A stretch of 64,000 nt of DNA, taken from contig OZ249436.1 in assembly GCA_965235115.1 (NCBI GenBank), positions 23,748,001 through 23,812,000 of the forward strand, written 5' to 3'. Shown piece after piece: positions 12,481 through 25,809 of this stretch (position 1 is its first letter; each line of letters begins with the position of its first letter). The translations under genes and the position numbers were made by a program. This DNA comes from Laetmonice hystrix (Eukaryota). Below the pieces are notes generated by a model. It saw only the letters and a program-made list of their open reading frames with translations. It did no database searches and had not been told where the DNA came from.

Positions 12481-12850
12481 GGGCCCCGTTTCGTAACTAA
12501 CAGCGAACGCACATTAATAGTGCACAAGTGCGTTATTAACGAACGATGAAGATAGCGATTGTTGCGTTAAAGTGTTTCATAAGCATTTGTGTAATTGTCC
12601 CCGGTCTCCCCTACTTTTCAATTTAACTTTCCACGCTACGGTACGTATTTTCATAGAATTGCCAGCTTTATATTTCATAATGGGAAGTTAGCGCAGACCC
12701 TTATAGGTAATTACACGATTTTAGAGCCAGACAACGAGCGCTGTGAACGCATAGTGCGTTGCGTTATGAGTTATGCAACACATTAACCTCAAATTATTTG
12801 CGAATCTGCGTTAACAACGCAGCTGCGTTATTAGTTATGAAACGGGGCCC
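12481..12850. mobile_element. PIF/Harbinger (Tourist-like) MITE
   Basis: TIRs GGGCCCCGTTTCGTAACTAA / TTAGTTATGAAACGGGGCCC (1 mismatch); TSD imperfect. Confidence 0.75.
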
Positions 12851-13924
12851 AGGAGCGTATTCAGTGCCCCCAGTTTGCTGTCCCAGAAAAAATATTCCTA
12901 ATATTCCTATTTTTTCTTGATAAAATGAACCTTTTCTTAAGTTTCCCCAGGTTTCCTAGATAAACTTTTCCGACTTGATTTTAATTGTTGCGTTTATTTC
13001 CATAAGTTGAGGTAAAGTACAGCTTATATGTGGTAAGACACGATGAAGTCTAGATAGACTTATTGGTCTGCACAAGTGTAATTTAGATAGCAACGCCTTA
13101 AAGATGGCTATACATAGTTTAAATGAGCGCTAGGATACTTACTACATTGGAAAAACTTAAATTAGGACAATTCTAAACATGTTGAAGAAAACTGCCCATT
13201 CGAAGCCTTGAATGCACGGCTTTCAACAGCCAGAAAACAGACCGAGATCCTGCTTGTTCGGCAGCTGGCTATGATCAGCCTAGCGTTTATTTTACGATAT
13301 ATATTAAAGTATAGTGGTCGGACCGCCGGCAGCCAGCTCCTCCCTTCTCCAGATGGCGGTGTTAGATTTAATTGGCTCTGCAGAGATCAGGATAAGCCAG
13401 CCTGGCAAGAAGTACATCCGGCGTCCGGCCATGGAGTACATTTCTGGAGTTGGTACGTTTCTAGAACCAACTCTACACATCAATATTAGTGGTGAATAAG
13501 TAATAAATGTTACAATAAAGATAAATAATAAATGTTACAATAACGATGCATAATAAATGTCTGAACGTCCCTCTATTTTCTACACACCTCCCCATCTCAA
13601 AGTTTTCACGTATCCTTACGGAAAACTCGAAGATCCAGAAGCCATATCAAGAACGGTAGGGGCACCGGGAGGAGAGTGTTGTTTCATGGAACTTTGGACA
13701 ACCTCCACCCGTGGTCGGTTCCGCGCCCACCATTCACGGAAGCTTTGCTGTACGATATAAAGGCTATTCAAAACTCCCACAATAAAAGCAACCAATCCAA
13801 TCCAAGGAACACCGTGTGCACCCGGTGACCAAGCTAGAATGATCCCATCCTCATTCGAGGGTTTCCAAGTTAACTTTCGATTGTGGCTCGGGGAACAATG
13901 TGCAGACCTTTCAGAGTTAGATTT

Positions 13925-15900
13925 TTATCCACGACGGACCAGCGCCATTTCCAATAGGCCTACTGTAGTTATTGCCGAGGAATAACTATGTGGACCTTCT
14001 CCTCGAACCCCTCTGCAAACATGACAATGATCGGCTGCAATGCAACACTGTCTGAACAATCGTTGCAATGGGATAAATCTAGCTTCTGTGCACGGTAGAA
14101 ACTCAGTGCACCACACGGAAATATCAACTCCGTAATGTGCCCGATTTGGGTGGCTGGTAAACCAGTCAACCTGAGCGATCAAGTGTGGTATAGTCATTGT
14201 CCGGCCTCCGCCTACCACTTGTGCATCTGACTGGAATATTTCCCTGACCACACATGGCCTTCACTAGTGGGGTCAATTATTGCGGACCCTTGAAGGGGAG
14301 TTTCTTTGATCCATCAGGCCAAAAATACAGAAGAGCACGTCACGTCATCTTCGTCCAACTTTCCATTCGGCGATATATCAATCCCTGCTTGCCTGACCTT
14401 CCCCACTGCTTTAATAACTAGGTCTGTACATATAGTTCACAGCTTGGATATAGGTGCTCGTACATCCGAGTTAAGTCGATGAGGATATCATGCTGTAGAT
14501 ATGTGGCAGTGTCAGACGAGCTCCTGAAAAGTTGATACTCTGTCAAAGCATAGTTACCTGACAAATGCGGCGTATTTGCCAGAGTCTGCTGCTCATTAAA
14601 AAATGAATGTGAGTCTTTAAGAGCTCCCGTGCCGACCAATACATCCTTCGTCAAAGCTTTCTCAAAAACAGGGCTTTCAGTGCATATCCACTGAGTTTGC
14701 TTCCTTATGAGCTGTACACATAATGTTTTGCTTGTTGTTTGGAGTTTTGGAAAGCAGACCATTGATGCACTCAAACGCAAACAGCCAAAACCCATGTATG
14801 GGGCCATAGTCCAGTAAACACTCTTTTAAATGTAGGTGCATGTGCATATTCATGGTACAGTACTCTTCACTATATAACGTAAGAAAACCTTCGCAGAACT
14901 CACGTAGGAAATTATTAGCCCTTTCAATATCGGTTACTGATATAGACGGTTTGCAAAGTAATTTGCATGCCTGTACGAATAATAGCCAACATTCATAATG
15001 TTCCTCACTCACAATACCTTTAAGTGCCACAAGTGAATACACACACACCCAGTTCTTCCATTGGTCGGCTGTCTGACCGGCCATCCCAGATTCGATCTTC
15101 CTCGGTATATGGCTGATGTCTTGGGGAACTCGTTATCAACGCGTCTTTGTATTTCCTTCAAATCTGCCTTTGAAATGATTTGACATTTCATCCATGTTCT
15201 GAATACGCGCCGTTCCCAGAAAAAGATTGTGCATAGGGTCAACAACCACCATCCGGATACAATCATAATAGGGTAGTAGAAACAGTTGACTCCACCGTGC
15301 ACTGTACTGTTTTTCGAGTGACTGTCGCTGAGCCATTGTCTTTGCGCTGTGAACCATGGAAGCATGTTTACTATGGGATAGATTATTTCGGCGGGGCCAG
15401 GATTCCTGTGAAAAAAACCCATAACGAGGTTTAGCCCCGAATCCATCACGGGGAAACTGTTTGTAACATTTGTTACTGGGCAGAGTGTCCAAGGAAACCT
15501 CCACATTTTCAGGAAGCCGGCGACACATATCAGTGCAGGTCGACATGTGATCGCTCGGTCCTTATCATCTGTGACAGCTATGCCATTCCACAAATCCACG
15601 AGGTCATCCACGAAGGGTTTAAGATACGGGTTAAGATCATGAGGTTCTTTAGGTATTAGGTCTTTAGGCTTTAGGTCATTGGCTATAGAGAGCACGCCAT
15701 GACCGGTACTGGGGGTGAATCTGTAGCCCAACCGCAGCACGAACGCAGCAAAAGTTCTTCATGCACTAAAAGTGCAACGTCGTGTCTGCGTGCTCCCAAG
15801 TCCGTACTGAGGCGGTACTCACCACGTACGGATCCCCAGATTTTGGCCACGTTTTTGCAAGTAGACAGCACGCACTTGCAAGTACGACCGGTTGGGACCA
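13925..15900 (-). pseudogene. Frameshifted CACTA/EnSpm (CMC)-type DDE transposase
   Basis: Overlapping ORFs in different frames give LNPYLKPFVDDLVDLWNG, DPMHNLFLG, TADQWKNW..YSL, NMHMHLHLKECLLDYGPIHGFWLFAFECING and C-terminal HLIAQVDWF..HP...YG....VW...FIPLQR. Confidence 0.8.
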
Positions 15901-15904
15901 CGGC

Positions 15905-17103
15905 TATAGTATGGTTGACATCGTTATGACGTCACAGGTCACGTGACCTGAAAAATAATGGTGCCAAATGAAAGAGCATATAGGACTTCCTATCCGTCGC
16001 AATAGTAACTTTGGCCCTATCTGGCACTGTTTAGAAGTTGTAGCCATACATAGCTAAACTGACCACTGTTGGAAACTTCAAAGTCTCGTGATTCAGCGAA
16101 TATAGTTCAAATCGCTTCTCCCTGGATGATTCTGTGGATGAAGAAGAGGAAGAAGAATAAGAAGCAAAAAAGAAAAAGAAGAAGAAGAAGAAGAAGAAGA
16201 AGAAGAAGAAGAAGAAGAAGAAGAAGAAGAAGAAGAAGAAGAAGAAGAAGGAGAAGAAGAAGCGATTTAACCAATTTGTAAGGTACAAATCACGTTTGAC
16301 GTCATGACGTGACGTCATGACTGATTGTATGACCTGTCTTTGTCATGGTCAAGGTGTGTATTCATGAACAAGTATGGCTGTGTCTCAAATCTTTCAAGAG
16401 TTACAGCCAGGAATTTTCCAAATGACCTAATTTTAAAACTTGCAAAAATGGGCCAAATCCTTAAAAATGATGGTGCCAAATTAAAGAGCATATCACTTCC
16501 TATCTGTGTACAATAACAAACATATGGCCCTTTTAGAAAAGCATCTTTGAGTTTTAGCCATATTTAAAATGGGCACTGTTCAAAACTTCAATGTCACGTG
16601 GTTCACTGAATATAGGTCAAATCTCTAATCCCTCTTTGTGGGGTTTGAACCTTTTGTCGTAGTATGGTACTACCAGATATTGTCCAATTTTACAAAGAAA
16701 TGGGGCAGGAGTAGCGATTCAAAAGGATTCTGACCCAGGAGCCAGTTCTCCCTAAGGTCAAAGGGCAAAGGTCAGATGAAGGGTCGCTTTGAGACAGGAC
16801 CCTTGCCTGATGAAAACTCCATGATAGATGTTGTAAATTCCCAATATGAACTTTAAAAATGGCCCCCAATGTCCCAACAATTTGACATCATAACGTGAGG
16901 TCACGTGACGTCATGACTTATTGTAGACCAGACTTTGTCATGGTCAAGATGCGTACCAAGTTTGGCTGAGATATCTTGAAAAATGACTGAGATAGACATA
17001 GTGTCTTACAACAGCCCACAACTACAATTTTAAGATCCCATAATAATGCGGAAGACGACACCATACAACTATAAAATCCCATCCCCCATGGGGGGGATGG
17101 GAT
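15905..17103 (-). mobile_element. HINE element lacking its tail but retaining its head
   Basis: 146-bp-type unit, aggtcaaagggcaaaggtca, core gatatcttgaaaaatgactgagatag, head atcccatcccccatgggggggatgggat. Confidence 0.7.
16139..16262. repeat. (AAG)n microsatellite
   Basis: Long gaagaagaa run, visible directly. Confidence 0.95.
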
Positions 17104-17105
17104 AA

Positions 17106-18818
17106 TAGAGAGTTTTAGATTGCGCTCCCGTAAACGCGAGCCGCACGTGTGACGTCACCACGAGCCCCAAATAGCAGCAAATAGCTGGGGAATCCCTCAC
17201 ACGCTGGCGTGACACGCGCGTTTTAAACGTGTAGCTGCTGTCTGAAGGCCAAATGTGGTCGCTGGATCACAGCCAGACAACATTACGTAAGTGAAAAGTG
17301 ACGAACGCAAAGCGCACCTCAGCAGAGTTTACTCGCATTATGCATTGCACCCGGACGACCCTGCAAATCCGTCTGTAATTCGTTTGACATAACCAAAATT
17401 TAACTCAATAAAAAGAGAGTCGGTAAATATTTCTGAATTATAGCTGATAAGAGGATGGTGCTATGAACGTCAATGTCCTTTTTCATTGATTGCATAACCT
17501 TAAATATATTCAGGCCTGGATATCCGATTTAACGAGGCCTACCCAGAAGGCAGCACATTGTTGTGTATTTTTACTGCATGGAGCTCATTTTTGCTCACAT
17601 ATCTGCAAACCTTGTACAGTTGACTCATATTCATAGCCTGACGCGCTGGTACCATTCTATCTCTGGTAAAAATGGACGAAGTTATTCTGTTGGGACTAGC
17701 TTGGTGTGATGACGAAGCTGTACCCTACTTCTGCCGAGAAACGCATTTTTCTGAAGTGGCAAGATACAATGCTTATATGATGCCAACACGTGATGCGATC
17801 TAAATGAAATATTTGGTCATATAGTCAAAGTCGGTATCTGGTATACCATTGTATCACTTTTATTTCATCAGCAAAATTGATGTCAGGGAGTCATGACCTG
17901 TTTATTCATGGGACGCAAAATGCCCCTGGAAACATAACAAAATTGTTAAGTGGATTTTATTAATACTTTTTAACACTAAAGACTAAAAGTATAAAATTGT
18001 ACACGGTTTCAACACACCAAAAAGAATTATTAGAAGTAAACGACAAAAAGGGACCATCTAATGTGCGAATTTATGTATCATCAAGGCGTTGGTTTTAGGA
18101 ATAGATCTATTACAAGGGACAGCTGAATGCTTAAATTATAAATGATCAATTTCTCCATTCTAGACAGCTGCTAATCAATTTCAAGATTATCTTAGGCCGG
18201 GCATGAGGTTGTTCTATAGCTTCCACTACAGTGGAGTGATCTCCTGGGTCCTTTGACACGATGTCTGGAATCACCAAAAACATGCACACGTATCTCACCC
18301 GATTGAACAACAAATACCTCGTTTCAACTCTAATTCCTCTGCACATATGTACATAAATAATTGGCAAATATTATATTACTGCCATGTATCCGTTTAGACC
18401 ATTCTACAGGCTGGAATATTAAAAGGGAAAAACGCGTATCTTACGTGTGGGACAGCAGCTACACGTATAAAACGCGCGTGTCACCCCCGTGCGTGTGGGA
18501 TTCCCCAACTATTTGTGGCTCGCGGTGATATCACATGTGTGGCTCACGTTCACGGCAGTGCAATCACGTCCCTGCACTAAAAATTAAAATGTCACCATTG
18601 CATCAAACAGGTGCCGATTTTAGCTACATGACCAAACTTTCCACGTGGGGAAAGTCGGCACCCATTCAAAATGGGTGCCTGCACGGGACACCTCCACACG
18701 TGTGTACTCGGTTAATCTAAAACTGTTTTAGTTGCCGCGTGTACTCAACTTCAACGTGACCTTTTCACTGCTCCCACGTATGCGGGGCGTTCACGTGAGT
18801 GCAATCTAAAACTCTCTA
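17106..18818. mobile_element. Non-autonomous TIR DNA transposon (Academ-like TAG..CTA ends, or Harbinger-related)
   Basis: TIRs TAGAGAGTTTTAGATTGC / GCAATCTAAAACTCTCTA; flanks read as a 4-bp ATAA TSD (or 3-bp AAT with AG..CT ends); internal inverted repeat ~17116-17242 vs ~18452-18564. Confidence 0.75.
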
Positions 18819-20473
18819 ATAACGTTTTGATCTTGCAACTCATTTGTTCTGTATACCTCTTTTGGGCCTGTTGCACAACTTTCTCGTAACTTACGATACG
18901 AATGTTCTCGTAAAATTTACGATTACGATATTTCTTACGATCTGTCGTAATTTCTGTTGCACAACTGTTCTCGTAAATCGGTGTTTAAAAATACGAGGAA
19001 ATTCCTCGTATCTTTACGAAAAGCATCGGTTCTTTACGAAGTTCCTCGTAAGATACGACATGGTGTGATAATGGACCGGTGACAAGTAGGATGGTTTCCG
19101 GTTCCGGTGTTTATCTGCAAAAGCGCGATCCAGAATGGCGGGCCAGCCGGATAATGAAGCCACGCCTAAAGGAAAACGGGTGAGGAGACTCGATCTAGAT
19201 GTAAAATATGATGTCAGACTATTTTTATGATATCTGCACGTAAACTCCGTGAGGCTGTGTGTAGACTGTATCCTGAAACATTGAAGATATACCCCAGTTT
19301 TAGGGTAGTTCCGTAGTCTACATCTATGCTATGGAAGTTCTAACCTCTGACTTATCGCCCATATAAATCTAGATATTCGTGTTGGCCTAACGTTACAGCG
19401 GAGGTCTCGGCGCCGTCTATAGGCTAGACTGGCTCCCCCGATCCCCCGGCCCTAGACAATACCTCACCCCCCCCCCCCCCCCCGTCCCAGCTGTACCGCT
19501 GCGATATCTAGGTAAGCCGGCCCTAGAACTCAGAAACTCAGTGTGAAGTCTTTTCGGTGCCTAAACAGGCACTAAATGTCTTTGAAAAGTTTTTTTAATG
19601 CACCTGGAAATGATGGATTCTTTTCCGCCAGTGCGGTAAAAATTGGACTTCTGACGCCATCAAAGCGGTTCTGGGGGGGTGTTTCAACAAGCGCGTCCGA
19701 CTGGCGACGGACAGTCCGTCGCTTGGTTGTAGGGCCTGCAATTTTTGTTATTTTTTAAATATTTGTTTATATTTATTTAAATTTAATTTTATTTTTTAAT
19801 GTTATTTTTTTAATTTTATTTTATTTTATCTTTATTTTATTTTTATTTTATTTTTATATTTTATATTTTTATATTTATATTTTTTATATTTTGGTATTTT
19901 TTTAAGAATTCTGTTGGAATCCTGGTTTCAAGGTCCGAATAATGCATCTTCTTAAAAAAAAGGGGAAGGAAAATTTAAGGGGGACCCGGGGCTTGGGCCT
20001 ATAGCTGTAGCAGGGGGGGGTCCAGCTTTTTCAAGTGGGGTGGGTCCAACCTTTTTAGGGGCGCAGGCGAGACTGCGAGCGCCGAAGGCGCGAATTCTTG
20101 CTAGGGGGGTCCGGGGCATGCCCCCGGAAATGTTTAATTTCAAGGTGTAATTTGGTGAAATGTGATGCATTTTGGAGCACAAAATAAGCTATTCAATGAC
20201 TTCCGAATTCATGATCGGCAGGAGAGGCGCCATAAAACTTTAAGGGGGGGGGGGATAACATGTGCAGTGAGACCCCAGAAATTCTTTGAATTCAGAAGAC
20301 AAAAAAAAACGCGATTTCCTGGCATCTGGAGATAGAATTTCTGAAGTTCCTCAAAGCATTTAGAGGTCTGAGCCTGGCTTACCAATAACATGGGGGGAGG
20401 GGTGTCTGAGGGCCCTTCTGAGGACATTTTTAAATTTAGAAGGCATAAAAATGCTATTCTTGGCATGCTATAG

Positions 20474-20747
20474 GGGGGACTATGGGTCGGGGGGGTTCGA
20501 ACACCCCCTAGGTACGGGCCTGACTGTCAGGGGGGACCGGGTCCCCCTCTCAGGGGGGACTATGGTTCCAGGGGGTGAACTTTGTCATAGCGGGGACTAT
20601 GGGTCGGGGGGGGGGGGTCGAACACCCCGAACACCCCCTAGGTACGGGCCTGACTATCAGGGGGGACCGGGGCCCCCTCTCAGGGGGACTATGGGTCCAG
20701 GGGGTGGTTCGTTCAAACACCCCGAACACTCCCTGGCTACGGGCCTG
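20474..20747. repeat. Two to three copies of a ~120-bp G-rich unit ending ctacgggcctg (MITE-like end)
   Basis: ggggactatgggtc...gaacaccccctaggtacgggcctgact..cagggggaccggg is repeated. Confidence 0.6.
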
Positions 20748-21162
20748 TATATTGCACCACTAGTCTTGCTCGGAATCGTAAAGCAAGGCAAACCTACAGA
20801 ATGAAACAAAAGATATTTACTTGTAGGCACGAGTCAGTTATGGGGTTGCAAAATACGGGGGGGGGGTTAAAAGTTATCCACCGGTGAAGTAGCTTGAGCA
20901 TTCTAGTTGAGGAGACAGCACTAAGAAAGGGGAAGTGGGTGAATATCAATGCCAAGAAATTGTAATTGTAATTATATATTTTGTGGCTTTCTTTACCAAC
21001 GTCTACTATGTGAGGACTGGATCAATAATGGCATTTTGGGACCTCATGGGGTAGATCAGAGGCGGAGCCACGTTTGCGTTGTGGGGTGCCGCGGGGGGGG
21101 TGTATGTTTTGTGTGAACCCAAGCTAACTTCCCCCTTAAATCTGCCACTGTAGATTATTTTA

Positions 21163-21348
21163 AATCACCCTCTCCTTGTGGGAAAGACCCTTGGAGTGTC
21201 TTGTGCATTTGGTAGCAAATTCCGATGAACCGAACTCGTAGGCCAACTGTTTAACTAACTGTGAAGTAAGCCGGTACCTCTGCCTGAACTTGGATTCCCT
21301 TGAATATCGTTCAAAGGGATCTACTCGGTCCAATACTCGTTCAGCCAT
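21163..21348 (-). pseudogene. Harbinger (HARBI1-like) transposase N-terminal fragment
   Basis: RVLDRVDPFERYS..SKFRQRYRL....VKQL...LSHKERV resembles Harbinger transposase N-termini; it lies just inside the right TIR. Confidence 0.65.
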
Positions 21349-22308
21349 AATCACGGTGCCTGTGGCAGTAAAATACTGCGGGATCGATGACCAGGAGGAT
21401 ATCATTAAAAATTCGTAAAACCTTAAGAGTACCCTTTTGTATCGTATTGTTTACCATGTCTTACGCTACGATTTTAGTGATGTGCAACGAAAAATGCCTC
21501 GTATCGTAATTTACAATACGATTTTCCTTACGAGGAAGTTGTGCAACAGGCCCTTTACATTGTCGAGTCATTCATTATCGGGTCAGACCCATTTCTAAAC
21601 GGGACACACTTTGCCACGTTTTGGCATTCACAGATGGGTTGCCCCTTTGCAAATGGGCAACCCATCTGTGAATTCATTATTGGGTCAGATCCATTTGCAA
21701 ATGGGTCAGATTCATAGATGGCGTGTAACATAACCACACGCTATAATGGCCCATCCGCCGATCGTTTGAAAAGGCTGCAAAACACAGCCGGCTGGAAATC
21801 CCGGGGTCTCGGAATCTAAGTGTGTCATTTTCAGTGACCACATTAGGAATTGGCGATTTTTTTAACATAATACTGGCCAAAGCTACATAAACAGGTAGGG
21901 GACCTTTGGGGCATATAGGAGAACCGCAATGCAGACATATTTTTGCTGAAATACGACGTATTATTTGAAATTCATGACATATTACCTATAAGCCTATAAC
22001 TCGTAAACAGTGCAAGCTGGAGCCATGGATACCAGTGAACAGGAATAGGAAGTCATATGCATTGTATGCTCTTTTATTGACACCAGGATTTATTATGTAG
22101 CATATCATATGATGTCATAATGATGCCGTTGACATCTTCCAAGGCTTCTAAGTAATAAACCATTCAAGATAGAGCCATTGTTACAACTTAACATGAATAG
22201 GAAGTCATACGATCTTTCCTTCAACACCATTATTTTTAGGTGACGTCATGACCTATGACGTCAGAGGGATGTCGATATTTGGCTAAAACTTGTAAATGGT
22301 TTGCGTTA

Positions 22309-22716
22309 TGGCGGGCTCAGACAGAGCGATGCAACGCGATTCCTTGCAACGGCAACAGTCGCGAGGAATCGCAAGTTGCACACGACTGAAAGACGGAGGG
22401 AGCTCACACAGAGCAACGCGCTGCCGCTGCTACAGTGATCCTGTTACGTCACAATGAGCTTGTGACGTTGTAATCGTCAAGCGAACTATAAATGATTGTC
22501 TCTTATTGGTTATTACTGCTAGCAACAGTCCAGTCGCGTTAGCAGCCCGCTCATACAAAGCAACCAGTTGCGACCAGTCGCCAAATATTAAACATGTTTA
22601 ATGTCTTGCGAAGCAATTGCTACTGGCCAAAATCGCGTTGCAAGTTAGCTCAGACAGGCCGACGCGAAGATAGAGTTGCGTCGCAAGCAGTCGCGTCGCT
22701 CTGTCTGAGCCCGCCA
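22309..22716. mobile_element. PIF/Harbinger MITE
   Basis: TIRs TGGCGGGCTCAGACAGAGCGA / TCGCTCTGTCTGAGCCCGCCA; TTA TSD at 22306-22308 and 22717-22719. Confidence 0.9.
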
Positions 22717-23529
22717 TTAGAGACATAGTTAGGTACTATTAAACACTAATATGAAGTCTTATGTGATCTTTCACTTGACATTTTTGACGTGACGTGACCC
22801 GTGACATCATAAAGTGTCATAGGTATTTTTCTCAGAGCTTTTCTCTGGTAAAATTCACTATTCAATATCTACATTGCTATAACTCTAAAATGAAACGAGA
22901 TAGAGCCATGGTTACTATTGCAGCCATATAGGAAGTCATATATGCTCTTTCAAAAGACACCAATACCTATGACATAGGGTGACATTTTACGTCATAATGA
23001 CGTCATTGATATATCACCAATTTACATTTGTGCGTCTATCTCAGTCATTTTTAAAGATATACAAATGAAACTTGGCAGGGACATTCACCATGGTAGAGAT
23101 AATCGACTCATGTAACTATTACGTCATATGACGTCACATCATGACGTCATGACGTAATATGCATTTTAAACTTTGAGGCATTTCTTCAAACCATATTCCA
23201 TAGTTTCCTAAAACTTTTCATAGAATAGTAATCTCCCATAGACCCTTCTTCCTTACATCCATTATTTTGACCTATGTCCTCTGACGTCATGGAAAAGTAG
23301 GTCATGTGCTCTAACGTGGTCAATTCGCTACTCCTCCGCCATTTTTGGACAAAATCTGACAATTTTTGTTTGAGAGGCCTTCTGTGGGCAGCTTTACTAG
23401 AACACTTCACCAATAAGGGATTTGACCTATTTTAGCTGAACCACGTGACCTTGAAATTGTTAAAATTCACTTTTGCAGACGCACATTGTTATAACTCTAA
23501 AACAAAGCGAGATACAGCCATGGTTACTA

Positions 23530-23691
23530 CAGTATGTCCCCCCAAAATGATAGTCTAACTTTACGTGTGCATCCCCCCCTCCTAGATAACTCTCAGCAAG
23601 TTTGGTGTTGACAGGGTGACATTACTGATCACAACCAGTATCTCTTTTTCACAATGGAACAGAGACTATCATTTTTTGGGGGGACATACTG
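23530..23691. mobile_element. Tc1/mariner-type MITE (162 bp)
   Basis: TIRs CAGTATGTCCCCCCAAAATGATAGTC / GACTATCATTTTTTGGGGGGACATACTG; TA TSD; removing it restores ggttacTAttgagg of the host repeat. Confidence 0.9.
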
Positions 23692-25809
23692 TATTGAGGT
23701 CATATAGGAAGTCATAGATGCTCTTTCGATTGACAACAATACCGATGACGTAGGGTGACGTTTTACGTCATAATGGTGTCATTGATATAAGCAATATTAT
23801 ATAAACAGATATAACTCCTAAACGGGACCAGATAGAGCTATGGTTACTATTGCAGCCATATACTAAGTCATACATGCTCTTTCAAAAGACACCAAGAGTG
23901 GTGACGTATTACGTCACAATGACGTCATTGATAGATCACCAATATTATTTAAACAGCTATAACTCCTAAACGGGGCACGATAGAGCTATGGTTACTATTG
24001 AAGCCATATAGGAAGTCACATATGCTCTTTCCAAAGACACCAAGATTGGTGATGTATTACATTACAGTGACATCATTGATATATCACCAATATTATTTAA
24101 ACAGCTACAGCTCCTAAACGGGACCAGATAGAGCTATGGCTACTATTGAAGCCATATAGGAAGTCATACATGCTCTTTCAAATCACACCGAAATCGATGA
24201 TATAGAGTGGCGTATTACGTCATAATGACATATTTGATAGATCACCAGTATTATTGAAACAGCTCTAACTCTGAATCGGGGCCAGGTAGAGCTATGGTTA
24301 CTATTGAAGCCATATAGGAACATGCTCTTTCAAAAGATACCAAAATCAATGACGTAGAGTGACGTATTGCATGACAATGACGTCATTGATAGATTGAGGT
24401 CATATAGGAAGTCATGACATTATATGCTCTTTCGAACGACAGGCCTACCGTTGACATATATGTAGTCCAACATCATAATGGATCTATCATATGCAGTGCC
24501 AGGGAAAGAAGCCAAAATTGATGATGTAGGATGACGTATTACTTGACAATGCCGTCGTTGAATATTATTTATTGAGGTCATAATAGAAAGTCCTAATATA
24601 TATGCTCTTTCGATCGCCAGGCCTATCGATGACATAGAGTTAGTCTAACATAATAATGGATCTATGATTTTCATTGCCAGGGGATGGAATACAAGATGTT
24701 GGCCCTAGCCACATTGGCGCTAGTTATCCCATCCCCCATGGCGGGGGATGGGACTTTCTAGTTGTATGGTTTCGTCTTCTGTATTATTATTCCCGTAGTA
24801 TAGTTAGGGAGCATGTGTAATCCCATGGGAATTTTGTGATGAAAGCAAGCGACCTAGACTATCAAAACGTGCAATTAACTTACAGCGCAACTCTCGGTTA
24901 ATGCAGACTTCGAGCACACTGATAAGTGATATTTTCAAGCTCATCACTGACAGCCATCTTGGAGGCCTCCAAATGGAAACATAATGGCAGGAATAGATTC
25001 TTCATGTCACATTTGGTCGAAAAAGTCCTATCATACGTGTTCCTAGGCCAAGCAGTTCAATAGTTACATTTATCAGCATTTTTCTTGAATGTCAACCGCA
25101 AGTAGGCCTCCAAATCAAAGAATAATGCCAGAAATCGATTCCTCGTATGAGATTTAGTGGAAAAAGTGCTATTATACATGCTTCTATGACAAGGGAATCG
25201 AAACATACAATTTTAATATGGCGACTGGCAGCCATTTTGGATTTCGCGCTTTACTGGAAGTAACCATTGCTAGATTGCCAACAAGTTTGTTTGTATTATT
25301 TGGAACCTTCTAAAGACATCTAGGGGGGCATCTTCAGTTGTCAAGGGGCATCGCGCATCCTGCATTTTACCCCTTGAGCGCAGCCCATGCTAACCGGGCG
25401 GAAGTTGACCCTGAGGTCAACCTTATGAATATTAATAAGACCTGTCATCGGTGCTCCACCCGCACTAACGGTCCTCACTGAAGGCTTACTTCTCGCAAAA
25501 ATGCCTGATAGCCTTGCCCAGTTCGTTGATAAACAAATGTGTCGCTCCCTAACAAGACAGTTAGTTATAGTGTGTGTTCTTGCAGCCCTGGCAACTGAAA
25601 CTGCACGCTAATTTTTATGAATCGCGCCTCAGGCAGTGCTGTAATCTCATGGAGCGGCCGCAGACGGCAGCAAGGGGAAAAACAGATGGCGCTGCGAGGA
25701 ACGCGTTTCTAAGAATAGACGGGCAGGCGGGAGGGGGATGAATCAACTGCAACTGCAAGCGGTTCAACCCCGAGCGGGGGAGGATGCTAGGGGGGGTCGC
25801 TTGCTTTTT

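Larger units (their letters stand above)
18864..21553. mobile_element. PIF/Harbinger deletion derivative containing smaller insertions
   Basis: TIRs GGGCCTGTTGCACAACTTTCTCGTAA / TTACGAGGAAGTTGTGCAACAGGCCC, 3-bp TTT on both sides, transposase N-terminal fragment inside. Confidence 0.85.
21990..24723 (+). mobile_element. Older, diverged HINE-derived region in + orientation with tandem units and a 3' tail
   Basis: Reverse complement of the 146-bp-type units, core tctatctcagtcatttttaaagatat..gaaacttgg near 23035, tail ggggatggaat + hairpin + CTAG at 24720-24723, followed directly by a new head at 24726. Confidence 0.65.

Noticed and set aside
16031..16318. Poly-Arg (protamine-like) and poly-Phe ORFs
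   Set aside because: Translations of the (AAG)n microsatellite.
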